The position numbers and the translations under genes are program-made. From Caldilineales bacterium (GTDB taxonomy: Bacteria; Chloroflexota; Anaerolineae; Caldilineales; Caldilineaceae), in assembly GCA_038247295.1 (NCBI GenBank), contig JBBRVA010000001.1:1-42706 (forward strand): 42,706 nt of DNA, in the 5' to 3' direction. Shown piece after piece: positions 1 to 7,962 of the stretch; position 1 is the stretch's first letter; each line of letters begins with the position of its first letter. The notes under the pieces are model-generated. The model saw only the letters and a list, made by a program, of their open reading frames with translations, did no database searches and was not told where the DNA came from.

Positions 1-972
1 CTTTTGCAGATTGATCATCACTTTTTCTTCAGGGATCTTCAACTGCTTTAAGACGCTATTCTGAATAATGCGCACATTGGCCTGGTGGGGAATGATCAGA
101 TCAACATCGTCCGTTGTTAAGCCGGCACGCGCCAGCACACGCTGCGTGGCCTCGGCCATGACGCGCGTGGCAAAACGAAAGACAGCCTTGCCATCCATTT
201 GCATATAATGACCACCGTTGCCCACTGTCTCCAAACTGGCGGGCATGGCACTGCCGCCGGCCGGTATGCTCAACGCATTGGCACCCGATCCATCGCTGCC
301 CAACTCGATCGACATGATGCCGCCCGGTACATCGCTGGCAGCTACCAAGACCGCGCCGGCGCCGTCACCAAAGAGGATGCAGGTATTGCGGTCGGTCCAA
401 TCGACAAAGCGGCTCAACGTTTCTGCCCCAATCACCAACACATATTCGGCGTCACCGGCCAGGATGTGACCGCGCGCCATGCTCAATGCATAGACAAAGC
501 CCGAGCAGGCCGCGCTCAGATCAAATGCACCGGCATTCACCGCACCAAGCGCATCTTGGATGATGCAGGCGGTGGCGGGGAAAATATATTCGGGCGAACT
601 GGTGGCGCAGATGATCAAGTCTACTTTGTTGGGCGGGACATCCGCCAATTCCAATGCTTTACGCGCCGCCATCACCCCCAGCGAAGCAGAGGTCTCCTTC
701 GGATCGGCGGCAACATGGCGCTCTTCGATGCCGGTGCGGCTGCGGATCCACTCGTCATTGGTATCGACAATCTGTTCCAGATCGTGGTTCGTGATCACTT
801 TTTCCGGCACATGATAGCCCCAGCCGATGATTTGCGCATAGCGCCGACTACTTTCTGGGGCGGGCACGTCACCAATCGCTGGCGCTGGTATGCCGTTCAC
901 ACTACCGTTCGCACCGTGGCCATTGGATCCCGAATTTACTTCATGATGATATGTTCCGTTGCTTTCATTCAT
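1..972 (-). CDS. fabH: 3-oxoacyl-ACP synthase III (FabH); 3' end cut by window edge
   Basis: Absent from the ORF track because no stop lies in the window. Manual minus-strand translation from the ATG at 972-970 gives MNESNGTYHH...RRYAQIIGWGYHVPEKVITNHDLEQIVDTNDEWIRSRTGIEERH...AFDLSAACSGFVYAL...IIPHQANVRII. These are KAS III hallmarks (Cys in AACSGF, His in HQAN). An AGAGGGG Shine-Dalgarno lies about 5 nt upstream. The plus-strand ORF 199..1008 is its antisense shadow. Confidence 0.9.
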   Translation of the reverse strand, partial: MNESNGTYHHEVNSGSNGHGANGSVNGIPAPAIGDVPAPESSRRYAQIIGWGYHVPEKVITNHDLEQIVDTNDEWIRSRTGIEERHVAADPKETSASLGVMAARKALELADVPPNKVDLIICATSSPEYIFPATACIIQDALGAVNAGAFDLSAACSGFVYALSMARGHILAGDAEYVLVIGAETLSRFVDWTDRNTCILFGDGAGAVLVAASDVPGGIMSIELGSDGSGANALSIPAGGSAMPASLETVGNGGHYMQMDGKAVFRFATRVMAEATQRVLARAGLTTDDVDLIIPHQANVRIIQNSVLKQLKIPEEKVMINLQK

Positions 973-1000
973 AATGGCCCCTCTATGATAACAGTAATCG

Positions 1001-1075
1001 GTAAATAGTAAGTAGTAAGCAGTCACCGCGTCCACGGTTGACCTATTTACTAATTACTGCTTACTATTTACTAAT
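1001..1075. repeat. Heptad-periodic hairpin, class A (GTAAnnn units)
   Basis: Left arm is GTAAATA GTAAGTA GTAAGCA GTCACCG. Reverse-complemented right arm is GTAAATA GTAAGCA GTAATTA GTAAATA. Lies between the fabF stop (1082) and the fabH start (972). Confidence 0.85.
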
Positions 1076-1081
1076 AAAGCG

Positions 1082-2371
1082 CTACGCGTACTGCCGCAAC
1101 ATAATGCATGCATTATGGCCGCCAAAGCCAAAGCTGTTGCTCAACGTGACTCGCACATCCAGCGCTTGGGCATGCAAGGGCGTATAGTTCAAGTCACACT
1201 CGGGGTCAGGTGTATTCAGATTGATGGTGGGCGGGATCTTGCGGTCCTGAATTGCCTTGGCACAGACAATTGTCTCAATCGCGCCGGCGCCACTCAGGAG
1301 GTGGCCGATCATGCTTTTTGTGCTGCTAATGTGAACGTTGTAGGCATGTTCACCAAATACTTCTTTGATCGCTATCGTCTCGCCCACATCGTTGAGGCGG
1401 GTTGCTGTGCCGTGCGCATTGATGTAGTCCACTGCCTCGAGATTGACGCCATAGGCGGCAGCCTTGCGCAACGCCATCCGCATCGCATCGACGGCGCCGC
1501 GACCGCGTTGATGCGGCGCGGCCATGTGGTAGGCATCATTGCTACTGCCATAGCCGATCACCTCGGCATAGATATGCGCGCCGCGGGCCTTGGCATGTTC
1601 TTCGGTTTCCATAATCACAATCGCACTGCCTTCGCTGACCACAAAACCATCGCGGCTGTTATCAAACGGGCGACAGGCGGCGGCGGGATTTTCGTTGTGC
1701 TGGCTGAGGGCGCCCATAACATCGAAACCGGCCATAATTAATGGGGTAATCGCCGCTTCAGCGCCGCCGGCCACAATGGCATCGGCGTCGCCACGTCGCA
1801 ACGCTTCGAACGCCTCACCACAGGCAGAGGTACCGCTGGCACAGGCGCTGACAACGGCGTGATTGATCCCGTGTAAATTATATTCAATGGCAATGCGCCC
1901 TGAAGCACTGTCCACCAGCATGTTGGGCACCATAAAGGGGCTGATTTTACGCAGACCTTTTTCATTAATCAATGCCTGATTTTCCAATACAGTCTGCAGG
2001 CCACCCACGCCACTGCCGACAATTACGCCGATCCGATTGGGCTCCTCCACCGTTAGATCCAGTTTTGCATCTACGATTGCTTCTTTGGTTGCCGCTAGCG
2101 CATACTGAATATAGGGGTCCATCCGGCGTGCTTCTTTGCGGTCCATATAGTTCTGTGGGTCAAAATTGCGCACTTCGCCGGCAAAGGTCGTGCGCAGTTC
2201 GCTGGTATCGAAACGAGAAATATGATCGATACCAGAACGGCCAGCGAGCAACCCTTGCCAAGTTTCGTCCACACTAAGACCCAAGGGCGTAATGGCGCCA
2301 ATGCCCGTGATAACAACACGCATTGGTTGGTGTCCATTGCTGTAGCCATGCGAATTATTATGATTAGTCAT
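1082..2371 (-). CDS. fabF: 3-oxoacyl-ACP synthase II (FabF)
   Basis: MRVVITGIGAITPLG..., active-site ACASG, HGTAT and GHLLSGAG motifs, C-terminal SNSFGFGGHNA. Start chosen at the ATG at 2371 (MTNHNNSHGYSNGHQPMRVV). An alternative ATG at 2323 is possible. The track ORF extension to 2476 lacks support. Confidence 0.9.
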   Translation of the reverse strand: MTNHNNSHGYSNGHQPMRVVITGIGAITPLGLSVDETWQGLLAGRSGIDHISRFDTSELRTTFAGEVRNFDPQNYMDRKEARRMDPYIQYALAATKEAIVDAKLDLTVEEPNRIGVIVGSGVGGLQTVLENQALINEKGLRKISPFMVPNMLVDSASGRIAIEYNLHGINHAVVSACASGTSACGEAFEALRRGDADAIVAGGAEAAITPLIMAGFDVMGALSQHNENPAAACRPFDNSRDGFVVSEGSAIVIMETEEHAKARGAHIYAEVIGYGSSNDAYHMAAPHQRGRGAVDAMRMALRKAAAYGVNLEAVDYINAHGTATRLNDVGETIAIKEVFGEHAYNVHISSTKSMIGHLLSGAGAIETIVCAKAIQDRKIPPTINLNTPDPECDLNYTPLHAQALDVRVTLSNSFGFGGHNACIMLRQYA

Positions 2372-2584
2372 AAAATCAGTTAAGTTCCTGTATGAATGTT
2401 GATAGCACGGGGAATGCGTGCCTAATCCACTTTGATTGTGTTTTCGTAATAAGCAATAACACGAAGCGGGCAGCAAAGTTGCGCCTGAAAAAGTGATCGG
2501 ACGGTTGTTTTGTCAAGCATGGCCCTGACAATGGTTAAATCATACGGTTGAATCATATCCGGCCAGGAAGAGCGATGTCAATCC

Positions 2585-2626
2585 AAAATAGAGAAGGCGC
2601 TTCTGCCAAAGAAACGCCTTCTCTAT
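2585..2626 (-). terminator. Stem-loop downstream of the 2671..3585 gene
   Basis: 12-bp perfect stem ATAGAGAAGGCG (2588-2599) with CGCCTTCTCTAT (2615-2626). A short U run follows on the minus-strand transcript. Confidence 0.5.
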
Positions 2627-2670
2627 TGCTGTGTAATTTATATTCTGTCGTGCTTCGCCAATTGCTCGCT

Positions 2671-3585
2671 TCAGCGCTTCTCGAGCTGGCGGATGGTAAT
2701 GCTGCCAATGCCGCCCTCTACGGCCAACTCGACCTTATCTTTTGCCTGATCGTAGCTCGGCGAAATATACAGATCCTCGGTGTGCGCATAATCACCCTCG
2801 ACATCGACACTGCCCAGGCCAGCTTCGGCACGAATGCGCAAAGCCAGGGTATCGGGTGCTAAAATGGTAATTTGCCCAACCCCACCATTGATCGTCGCCG
2901 CGAATGCACCCTTGGCCGGCAGCGTGATTGTTGTTTCCCCAACGCCTGTATCCACATCGAGCGCGGTGAGCGTGAGACTTTCTAGGTCTAGCTCGGCAGA
3001 ACCGACGCCAGTGGAAATGCGCAGATCAAGCGGCGTTTGTTGATTCAACTGGAGATCCCATTGCCCGCCGCGGCCGGAAAAGCCAGAAAAAGGCAAGCCG
3101 GTGCTTTTGCTTTGTAAAGTATAGTAGGCGGTCGCCCCTTCCACCTTAAAATCGCGCTCGATCTGCTCATTGCGCAACGGCTGGATTTCGCCTTGAATCA
3201 ACTGGCCGGCGGTGAGAAAACCGCCGACGGTTAAGCGGCTGACGCCAGGTGAAATCGTAACGACTGCTTTTTCGGCATCTTCTAGATTCTGGCGAATTGT
3301 CTGGCTGGGCAGATTACCGGCATTGACATTGCCGATGCCACCGAACCAAAGACCACCGCCGGCCAAAACTAGAATGACCAGCAGCGCAATCACCGCCCCA
3401 ACGCCAGTGCGCCGGCCTAATAAAATGTCGAGCCCGGCCGCGATTAAGAGCACCGGCCAAAAGCGAAAGAGCAGTTCCCATACATCAACCGCAATCACGC
3501 CCATATTATTTAACAAGAAGAGCACGCCGAATGCAATCAATAACAGCGGCCCAAACAGGCTAACCCCTCGTCTCTCGCTATTCAT
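2671..3585 (-). CDS. Membrane protein with LiaF-type N-terminal TM helices and a C-terminal LiaF/toast-rack-like beta-rich domain
   Basis: N-terminus FGPLLLIAFGVLFLLNNMG...WPVLLIAAGLDILLGRR resembles the LiaI/LiaF-like TM module. C-terminus has repetitive G-x-G-x-hydrophobic strands (ISTGVGSAELDL, VDTGVGETTITL, INGGVGQITIL, AEAGLGSVDV). Confidence 0.7.
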   Translation of the reverse strand: MNSERRGVSLFGPLLLIAFGVLFLLNNMGVIAVDVWELLFRFWPVLLIAAGLDILLGRRTGVGAVIALLVILVLAGGGLWFGGIGNVNAGNLPSQTIRQNLEDAEKAVVTISPGVSRLTVGGFLTAGQLIQGEIQPLRNEQIERDFKVEGATAYYTLQSKSTGLPFSGFSGRGGQWDLQLNQQTPLDLRISTGVGSAELDLESLTLTALDVDTGVGETTITLPAKGAFAATINGGVGQITILAPDTLALRIRAEAGLGSVDVEGDYAHTEDLYISPSYDQAKDKVELAVEGGIGSITIRQLEKR

Positions 3586-3627
3586 GATCTACGCCTTTCA
3601 GTGTGTAAACACTGCTGTTTGTAACGG

Positions 3628-3726
3628 TTAACTTTGTTTGGCGAGCAAAGCCCGCCACAATTAGCTTTGTTTGGCGAGCAAAGCCCGCCACAATTAGCTT
3701 TGTTTGGCGAGCAAAGCCCGCCACAA
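3628..3726. repeat. Three tandem 33-bp copies of the last 10 codons plus stop of the 3694..4368 gene
   Basis: Copies at 3628-3660, 3661-3693 and 3694-3726 read TTA(A/G)CTTTGTTTGGCGAGCAAAGCCCGCCACAA. On the minus strand each reads LWRALLAKQS-stop. Copy 1 differs by one synonymous Ser change (AGC to AGT). Confidence 0.95.
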
Positions 3727-4368
3727 TAAAACTGCGCCCCCTACAATCAGGACAAATGGCCAAATGTAGCCAAGCGCGGCCTCAAATGAGACGCCGATTA
3801 GAATGCCCATGATCAGCAAAACGGCCGCTGGAATCAAGGCCCAACGGGTATTTTGCTGGTGCTGTTTGGGTAACAGCGCCACCAGGGCAAAGGTTACGCC
3901 CAGGCCGATAAAGAAGAGGCCACCGCTTTCAAAGTTAGGTAAACCTAACTCATCGACACCCGCCACCGCCGCCAGTGTGACCATAACGCCACCCGGAATG
4001 AGCGCCCACCAGTGTTCAGAATTGGCGAGATAGACGAGCACAAAACCCATGCCAATCGAGGCGAGAAAGAGCGGTCCGGTTACCGGGTCTAATGCGGCTG
4101 GACCAAATTCGCTGATCAGAGAAATCGTCGCCAGGCCCAATAAGGTGCAGCCTGGAATCGCTGCCCACCAGGCTGCCTGCCGATCGTTGAGAAAAAGATA
4201 GAGGAAGAAGAGCCCACCAGCGCCAAAAAGCACAATCCAGACAAGCGCGCTCAGGCCGCTGAAGAGCCCAAAATTTTGCAGTAGAAATAAGACACCACCG
4301 ACAATCAACAGCAGACCCCAGATCGCATTGTTGCGTTTTAGATTATTATTTTGTTCATGGTTTTGCAT
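3694..4368 (-). CDS. Polytopic membrane protein built from repeated LiaF/DUF5668-like TM hairpins
   Basis: Start moved to the ATG at 4368 (MQNHEQNNN...), which has a strong AAGGAG Shine-Dalgarno about 9 nt upstream. About 6 to 8 hydrophobic helices (WGLLLIVGGVLFLLQNFGLF etc.). Confidence 0.75.
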   Translation of the reverse strand: MQNHEQNNNLKRNNAIWGLLLIVGGVLFLLQNFGLFSGLSALVWIVLFGAGGLFFLYLFLNDRQAAWWAAIPGCTLLGLATISLISEFGPAALDPVTGPLFLASIGMGFVLVYLANSEHWWALIPGGVMVTLAAVAGVDELGLPNFESGGLFFIGLGVTFALVALLPKQHQQNTRWALIPAAVLLIMGILIGVSFEAALGYIWPFVLIVGGAVLLWRALLAKQS

Positions 4369-4579
4369 AATAAATTTTCTCCTTACCGCGCTTTCTGCCG
4401 GCATCTTTGCCCACCCGCTACGCAGAACTATCTATTAAAATGTACACCACTCTATTATGAATTCCAATCACCATTAGGCGAGATCAATTCCTAGTCATAC
4501 GACCAGTGTCTATCGGCTAAATGGCAATGTAATTAACACTACGCAACATGCAAGGAAGAGTTGCTAGTTATACTTGAAG

Positions 4580-4615
4580 AAAAAATAAACCCGAAGGGCA
4601 GCAAAACCCTTCGGG
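4580..4615 (-). terminator. Rho-independent terminator after the SH3/PA14 gene
   Basis: Stem CCCGAAGGG (4590-4598) with CCCTTCGGG (4607-4615). On the minus strand it is followed by UUUAUUUUUU. Confidence 0.8.
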
Positions 4616-4654
4616 CTGAAACAGGCGTTAGATAAGCTGGGTTAGGACGAGGGA

Positions 4655-6193
4655 CTACTGCGGTACATAGGGGGATGCTTCTTCGCGCGACCACCAAACG
4701 CGCAGCCGCCCACTGCCGCCGCGTTCATAATACTCAACCCGAATCGTATGCGTATCGGCGCCAATCCCAATGAAACGGTTGCGTGATTCTTGCGCGCCAT
4801 CACGCCAGCTATCGATCACCAATTGATCGTTGATATAGACGCGTACGCCATCATCTGAAGTGGCGCGAAAGATATAATTGCCACCATCGAAGCGAAAGCG
4901 GCCCACCCAGCGCGCCGACCAATTATCGGTCGCAATCCCCCCTGGCACTGGCGAAGCGAAGCCCCAGTTGTAGTCGATGTACGCCGCACTGCGCGGTTCT
5001 GCCTGGCTCAATACGGGTGACCCAGCTAAGCTGACGCCGTTAAAATAAGTTGCATTCCAGACCCGTTCGTCATTGTTCAATGTATAGTTGAAGCGCAGGC
5101 TGGCCAGGCCGCCCACCTCGTAATATTCGATGCGCACGGTATGATTACCAGAAAGCGCGCGTCCCACGGTATAGGTTTCGCCTGTCGTGCCATGCCATTC
5201 GTCGAACATGATTTGATCATCCAACCAGACACGCACCCCGTCATCGGCGCCAAGGTTGAAACGATAGAAGCCAGGATTAAAAAAGATAGTGCGCACCATG
5301 CGGGCGGAAAAGGAATCGCTGCTGACGGCCGGGTCGGGGCGTCCTTCGCGCCAATTAAAGTCGATCGTGTTCGCCTCGCTGATCAGCACGGGTGCACCGT
5401 CTAACTGCGTATTGTTGAAGTAAGCGATGCGCCAATAGGCACTTGGCGCCGCGGTTGGGACTGGCGTTGGCGGCACAGGTGTAGCAGTTGCGGTAGGCGT
5501 GGCGATCGCGTTCGGCGTCGCAACTGGTACGCTATTCAGGCTACCGCGCCCTTCTGCCAAACGGATGTCGATCCAACCGTTGATATTATTGGGGCAACGA
5601 ATTTGCCACCAGGTGCTCGTGCTATCCTTACCAATCAGATTACAAATCTGGTTGAGGGTTGCCTGGCCGGTGACGCCAAAGGCTGTGCTGGGACCCGCGT
5701 AAAGGTTAACTCGATCAAATTTGATGCGGACGGTGGGCGGCGTGGCTGGTGTTGCCGTCGCCACGGGGTTGCCCGGCAAAAGTTCGCTGACAACGATCAG
5801 TGGCACATCTGCCCCACTGGGGCGGATGTTGCCCCACACCTTGACCAAAATCGGCGGCTGCTGATCGCGCAGCGCTTCGATGCGTTGTTCTAACGTTGAC
5901 GTTGCGCCAACAATCCCATAGACCACATTATTGGGCGTGATCAGGTAATTACCAAACGCCTGATCGTTGGCCTGACTCATGCGGCCTAGTAGTCCGTAGA
6001 CCGCGCCGCTCTGTGGGGCGTTTTGTTCACCGGGAGAAAGCGATGGGCCACCACCAAAAACGCTGGGCAGATAAATCGTCGTGCGAGGTGGGGTGGGGGT
6101 TGGCGTCTGGGCAAAGAGCGGATCCGCCACCAGGGCGAGGAAAATGAGCAAAACAATCAGCTGAAAGCCGGATGAGCAGAACCGGTTGCGCAT
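4655..6193 (-). CDS. Secreted protein with a bacterial SH3-like domain and two PA14 domains
   Basis: Start set at the ATG at 6193 (MRNRFCSSGFQLIVLLIFLALVADPLFAQ signal peptide), 2 nt after the upstream stop. Has Thr/Pro linkers and an SH3b-like segment (VNLYAGPSTAF...WWQIRCPNNINGWID). Contains two PA14-like repeats (YFNNTQLDG...FSARMVR...DDGVRVWLDDQ...RIEYYE, and YFNGVSLAG...WSARWVG...DDGVRVYINDQ...RVEYYE). Confidence 0.8.
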   Translation of the reverse strand: MRNRFCSSGFQLIVLLIFLALVADPLFAQTPTPTPPRTTIYLPSVFGGGPSLSPGEQNAPQSGAVYGLLGRMSQANDQAFGNYLITPNNVVYGIVGATSTLEQRIEALRDQQPPILVKVWGNIRPSGADVPLIVVSELLPGNPVATATPATPPTVRIKFDRVNLYAGPSTAFGVTGQATLNQICNLIGKDSTSTWWQIRCPNNINGWIDIRLAEGRGSLNSVPVATPNAIATPTATATPVPPTPVPTAAPSAYWRIAYFNNTQLDGAPVLISEANTIDFNWREGRPDPAVSSDSFSARMVRTIFFNPGFYRFNLGADDGVRVWLDDQIMFDEWHGTTGETYTVGRALSGNHTVRIEYYEVGGLASLRFNYTLNNDERVWNATYFNGVSLAGSPVLSQAEPRSAAYIDYNWGFASPVPGGIATDNWSARWVGRFRFDGGNYIFRATSDDGVRVYINDQLVIDSWRDGAQESRNRFIGIGADTHTIRVEYYERGGSGRLRVWWSREEASPYVPQ

Positions 6194-6195
6194 AT

Positions 6196-6987
6196 TTATC
6201 CATTCCGCGTTACTTGCCAGCTTTGGATGTGATAGGGCGCTTCCAGCAGCGCCGCATGATATGTCGCCTGATCTGGAAAATAGCGCTGTGATAACAGACG
6301 GCCGTGGATACTTACCGCAAACGCATCGACTGCATAGGGCCAAGGATCAAAGTTGATCGTGGTGTCATCATAAGCCATTTGGATAGCGACGCGTGTCCCC
6401 GCATTATCTACCGGACAGTTCGCGATCAAGCGCGGCGTACCCCACGGCATGATCACCTGTAAACTGGCATTGTCACCAAATTGGAGCAGACGAGTATTGG
6501 CATCGACGACGCTATCTGCCAACGCTGCCAACATAATGGCATTAGCGGTAAATTCATGCCGAACCAGCGCTAACAACATTTGTTGATCGGCCAAGAAATC
6601 GGCGATCTGGGCGCGTAAGTCATCTGGCAGCGCGGTCAGATCACCACTTTCGTAGAGCAACGCGGCGTGCCGGCTAATCAAGACCGCAGCATAAGGCTGT
6701 TGCTCGTAGCTCTGATTTACGCCCCGTCGCCATAATTGCACCTTGGCCGACGGATCATCATCGTGAATAAAGTCCATCGGATAACCATCGGCGCGCAGTT
6801 TGGGTTGCAATTCCCATTCAAGCCAACCATTATCATGTTGGCTGATCGCCAGCATGGTCGCCGCATAAGGGTGGGGGGTGGCAAAATCACGGTTGCCCCA
6901 ATGGCGGCAAAACTCTGCCGCCATGAGCGCGTGGCTGGTTTGATGAATGCAAAGCACCCGACCATCCGGCATGTCGCGTACAATCAT
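6196..6987 (-). CDS. DUF3891-like protein with HD-type His/Asp motifs
   Basis: Start at the ATG at 6987 with a TAAGGA Shine-Dalgarno 8 nt upstream. Motifs QTSHALMAAEF and ISQHDNGWLEWE. The family assignment is from memory. Confidence 0.6.
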   Translation of the reverse strand: MIVRDMPDGRVLCIHQTSHALMAAEFCRHWGNRDFATPHPYAATMLAISQHDNGWLEWELQPKLRADGYPMDFIHDDDPSAKVQLWRRGVNQSYEQQPYAAVLISRHAALLYESGDLTALPDDLRAQIADFLADQQMLLALVRHEFTANAIMLAALADSVVDANTRLLQFGDNASLQVIMPWGTPRLIANCPVDNAGTRVAIQMAYDDTTINFDPWPYAVDAFAVSIHGRLLSQRYFPDQATYHAALLEAPYHIQSWQVTRNG

Positions 6988-7009
6988 AACAGAGATCCTT
7001 ACCGAGCCT

Positions 7010-7079
7010 GTACAACGATTTTTCAAATCGTTCGTACATTGTAGGGGACTGATACGAACGATTTGAAAAATCGTCGTAC
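7010..7079. repeat. Nested palindrome / long hairpin
   Basis: GTACAACGATTTTTCAAATCGTTCGTAC (7010-7037) matches the reverse complement of TACGAACGATTTGAAAAATCGTCGTAC (7053-7079) with one mismatch. Each arm is itself palindromic (AACGATTT with AAATCGTT). Lies directly after the stop at 7081. Confidence 0.85.
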
Positions 7080-7080
7080 A

Positions 7081-7380
7081 TTACTTCTTGTTTTGCGTTC
7101 CGATTATAAAAAGACCAGTCCCAATCAAGCCGCCCAACACTAAGCTGCCTGCCGTTTGCCAACTCTTTAGCCTTAATCCACGTTGGCCCAGCCAAAGATG
7201 ACCACTGAGCAGGGCTATGCCACTCAGCAATACTGGCGGCGGCACCGGTGCTTCGACGCCCGGTGTATTAAAAACCGCCTCCTGCATCTTATCGATCTGG
7301 TTTTCGATTTGTTGCTGGCTCCAGTGGAGATAGAATGGCAACAACAACGCGACGTAGAGCGTGCTTAGCGTAAATTTCAA
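7081..7380 (-). CDS. Small membrane protein (about 3 hydrophobic segments), function unknown
   Basis: TTG start 1 nt after the DinB stop. Hydrophobic stretches LSTLYVALLLPFYL, VLLSGIALLSGHLWL and SLVLGGLIGTGLFIIG. No recognisable family. Confidence 0.5.
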   Translation of the reverse strand: MKFTLSTLYVALLLPFYLHWSQQQIENQIDKMQEAVFNTPGVEAPVPPPVLLSGIALLSGHLWLGQRGLRLKSWQTAGSLVLGGLIGTGLFIIGTQNKK

Positions 7381-7381
7381 T

Positions 7382-7867
7382 TTATCCGCCGTTCAAAATG
7401 CGCGTGATCTGCTCCAAATGGATGCAATCGTGGCTGCCCACTTGCATCACCGCATCGGTCAAACTAAAGTGACCGCGCTCGGGATGGACACCCGCACGTT
7501 CCCATTGCTCGGCGCTCAACCCCTTAAAAAACTCGACATATTGCTGGCGCGATGCAGTTAGCGCTGCATAAGCCGCATGCAAATCTTGGTCGATGTAGGC
7601 GCGCTCAACAGCGAGTGCTTCATGATCATAGGCCGGCAACTTGGGGTATTCCTCGGCCAAGATCATTTGGGCGCGCTGCTGGAAGAAACCGTCGAAGTCG
7701 CGTAGATGGCAGACAACTTCGATGACTGTCCAGCCTTTGGGACCATCATGGCCGTCGCGCAAGGTTGTAGCAACGGCCTGGCTCACAGGCGTCAACACAT
7801 TGCCCAGAATAGCAAGCGTCGTTTGCATCAAGGCAAGATGTCTTTGGCGAATTGGGCTCAGATCCAT
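7382..7867 (-). CDS. DinB-family (DinB_2-like) metal-dependent four-helix-bundle protein
   Basis: Spaced His residues (VVCHLRDFD, VGSHDCIHLEQI) and the typical size. An AAGGAAAG Shine-Dalgarno lies upstream. Confidence 0.75.
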   Translation of the reverse strand: MDLSPIRQRHLALMQTTLAILGNVLTPVSQAVATTLRDGHDGPKGWTVIEVVCHLRDFDGFFQQRAQMILAEEYPKLPAYDHEALAVERAYIDQDLHAAYAALTASRQQYVEFFKGLSAEQWERAGVHPERGHFSLTDAVMQVGSHDCIHLEQITRILNGG

Positions 7868-7962
7868 AGTCTTTCCTTTTGGTTTATGGGCGTATCCATC
7901 AGTTTATTCCCATCTTCGTTTTTGTACGCTTGTTGGAAGCACCGCCGCGCACGAAAAGCCAA

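Noticed and set aside
199-1008. 269-aa plus-strand ORF (and nested ORFs 218..469 and 560..814)
   Set aside because: It is the antisense shadow of fabH. The minus strand translates into an unmistakable KAS III sequence, while the plus-strand product has Arg/Gly/Ala-rich nonsense composition.
3628-3726. Possible CRISPR array
   Set aside because: The three 33-bp units are directly abutting with no spacers, and they correspond to coding sequence plus a stop codon. No cas genes are present.
3578-3763. 61-aa ORF with the repeated peptide IVAGFARQTKL
   Set aside because: It is an artefact of reading the 33-bp tandem repeat in another frame. The repeat is better explained as the duplicated 3' end of the 3694..4368 gene.
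6194-6343. N-terminal 50-aa extension of the PA14 protein ORF (and similar extensions at 2372..2476, 4369..4404, 6988..7026, 26834..27007, 31693..31752 and 38596..38649)
   Set aside because: The extensions overlap upstream genes or lack a Shine-Dalgarno. The internal ATGs are followed by signal peptides or conserved N-termini, and in several cases are preceded by strong Shine-Dalgarno sequences.
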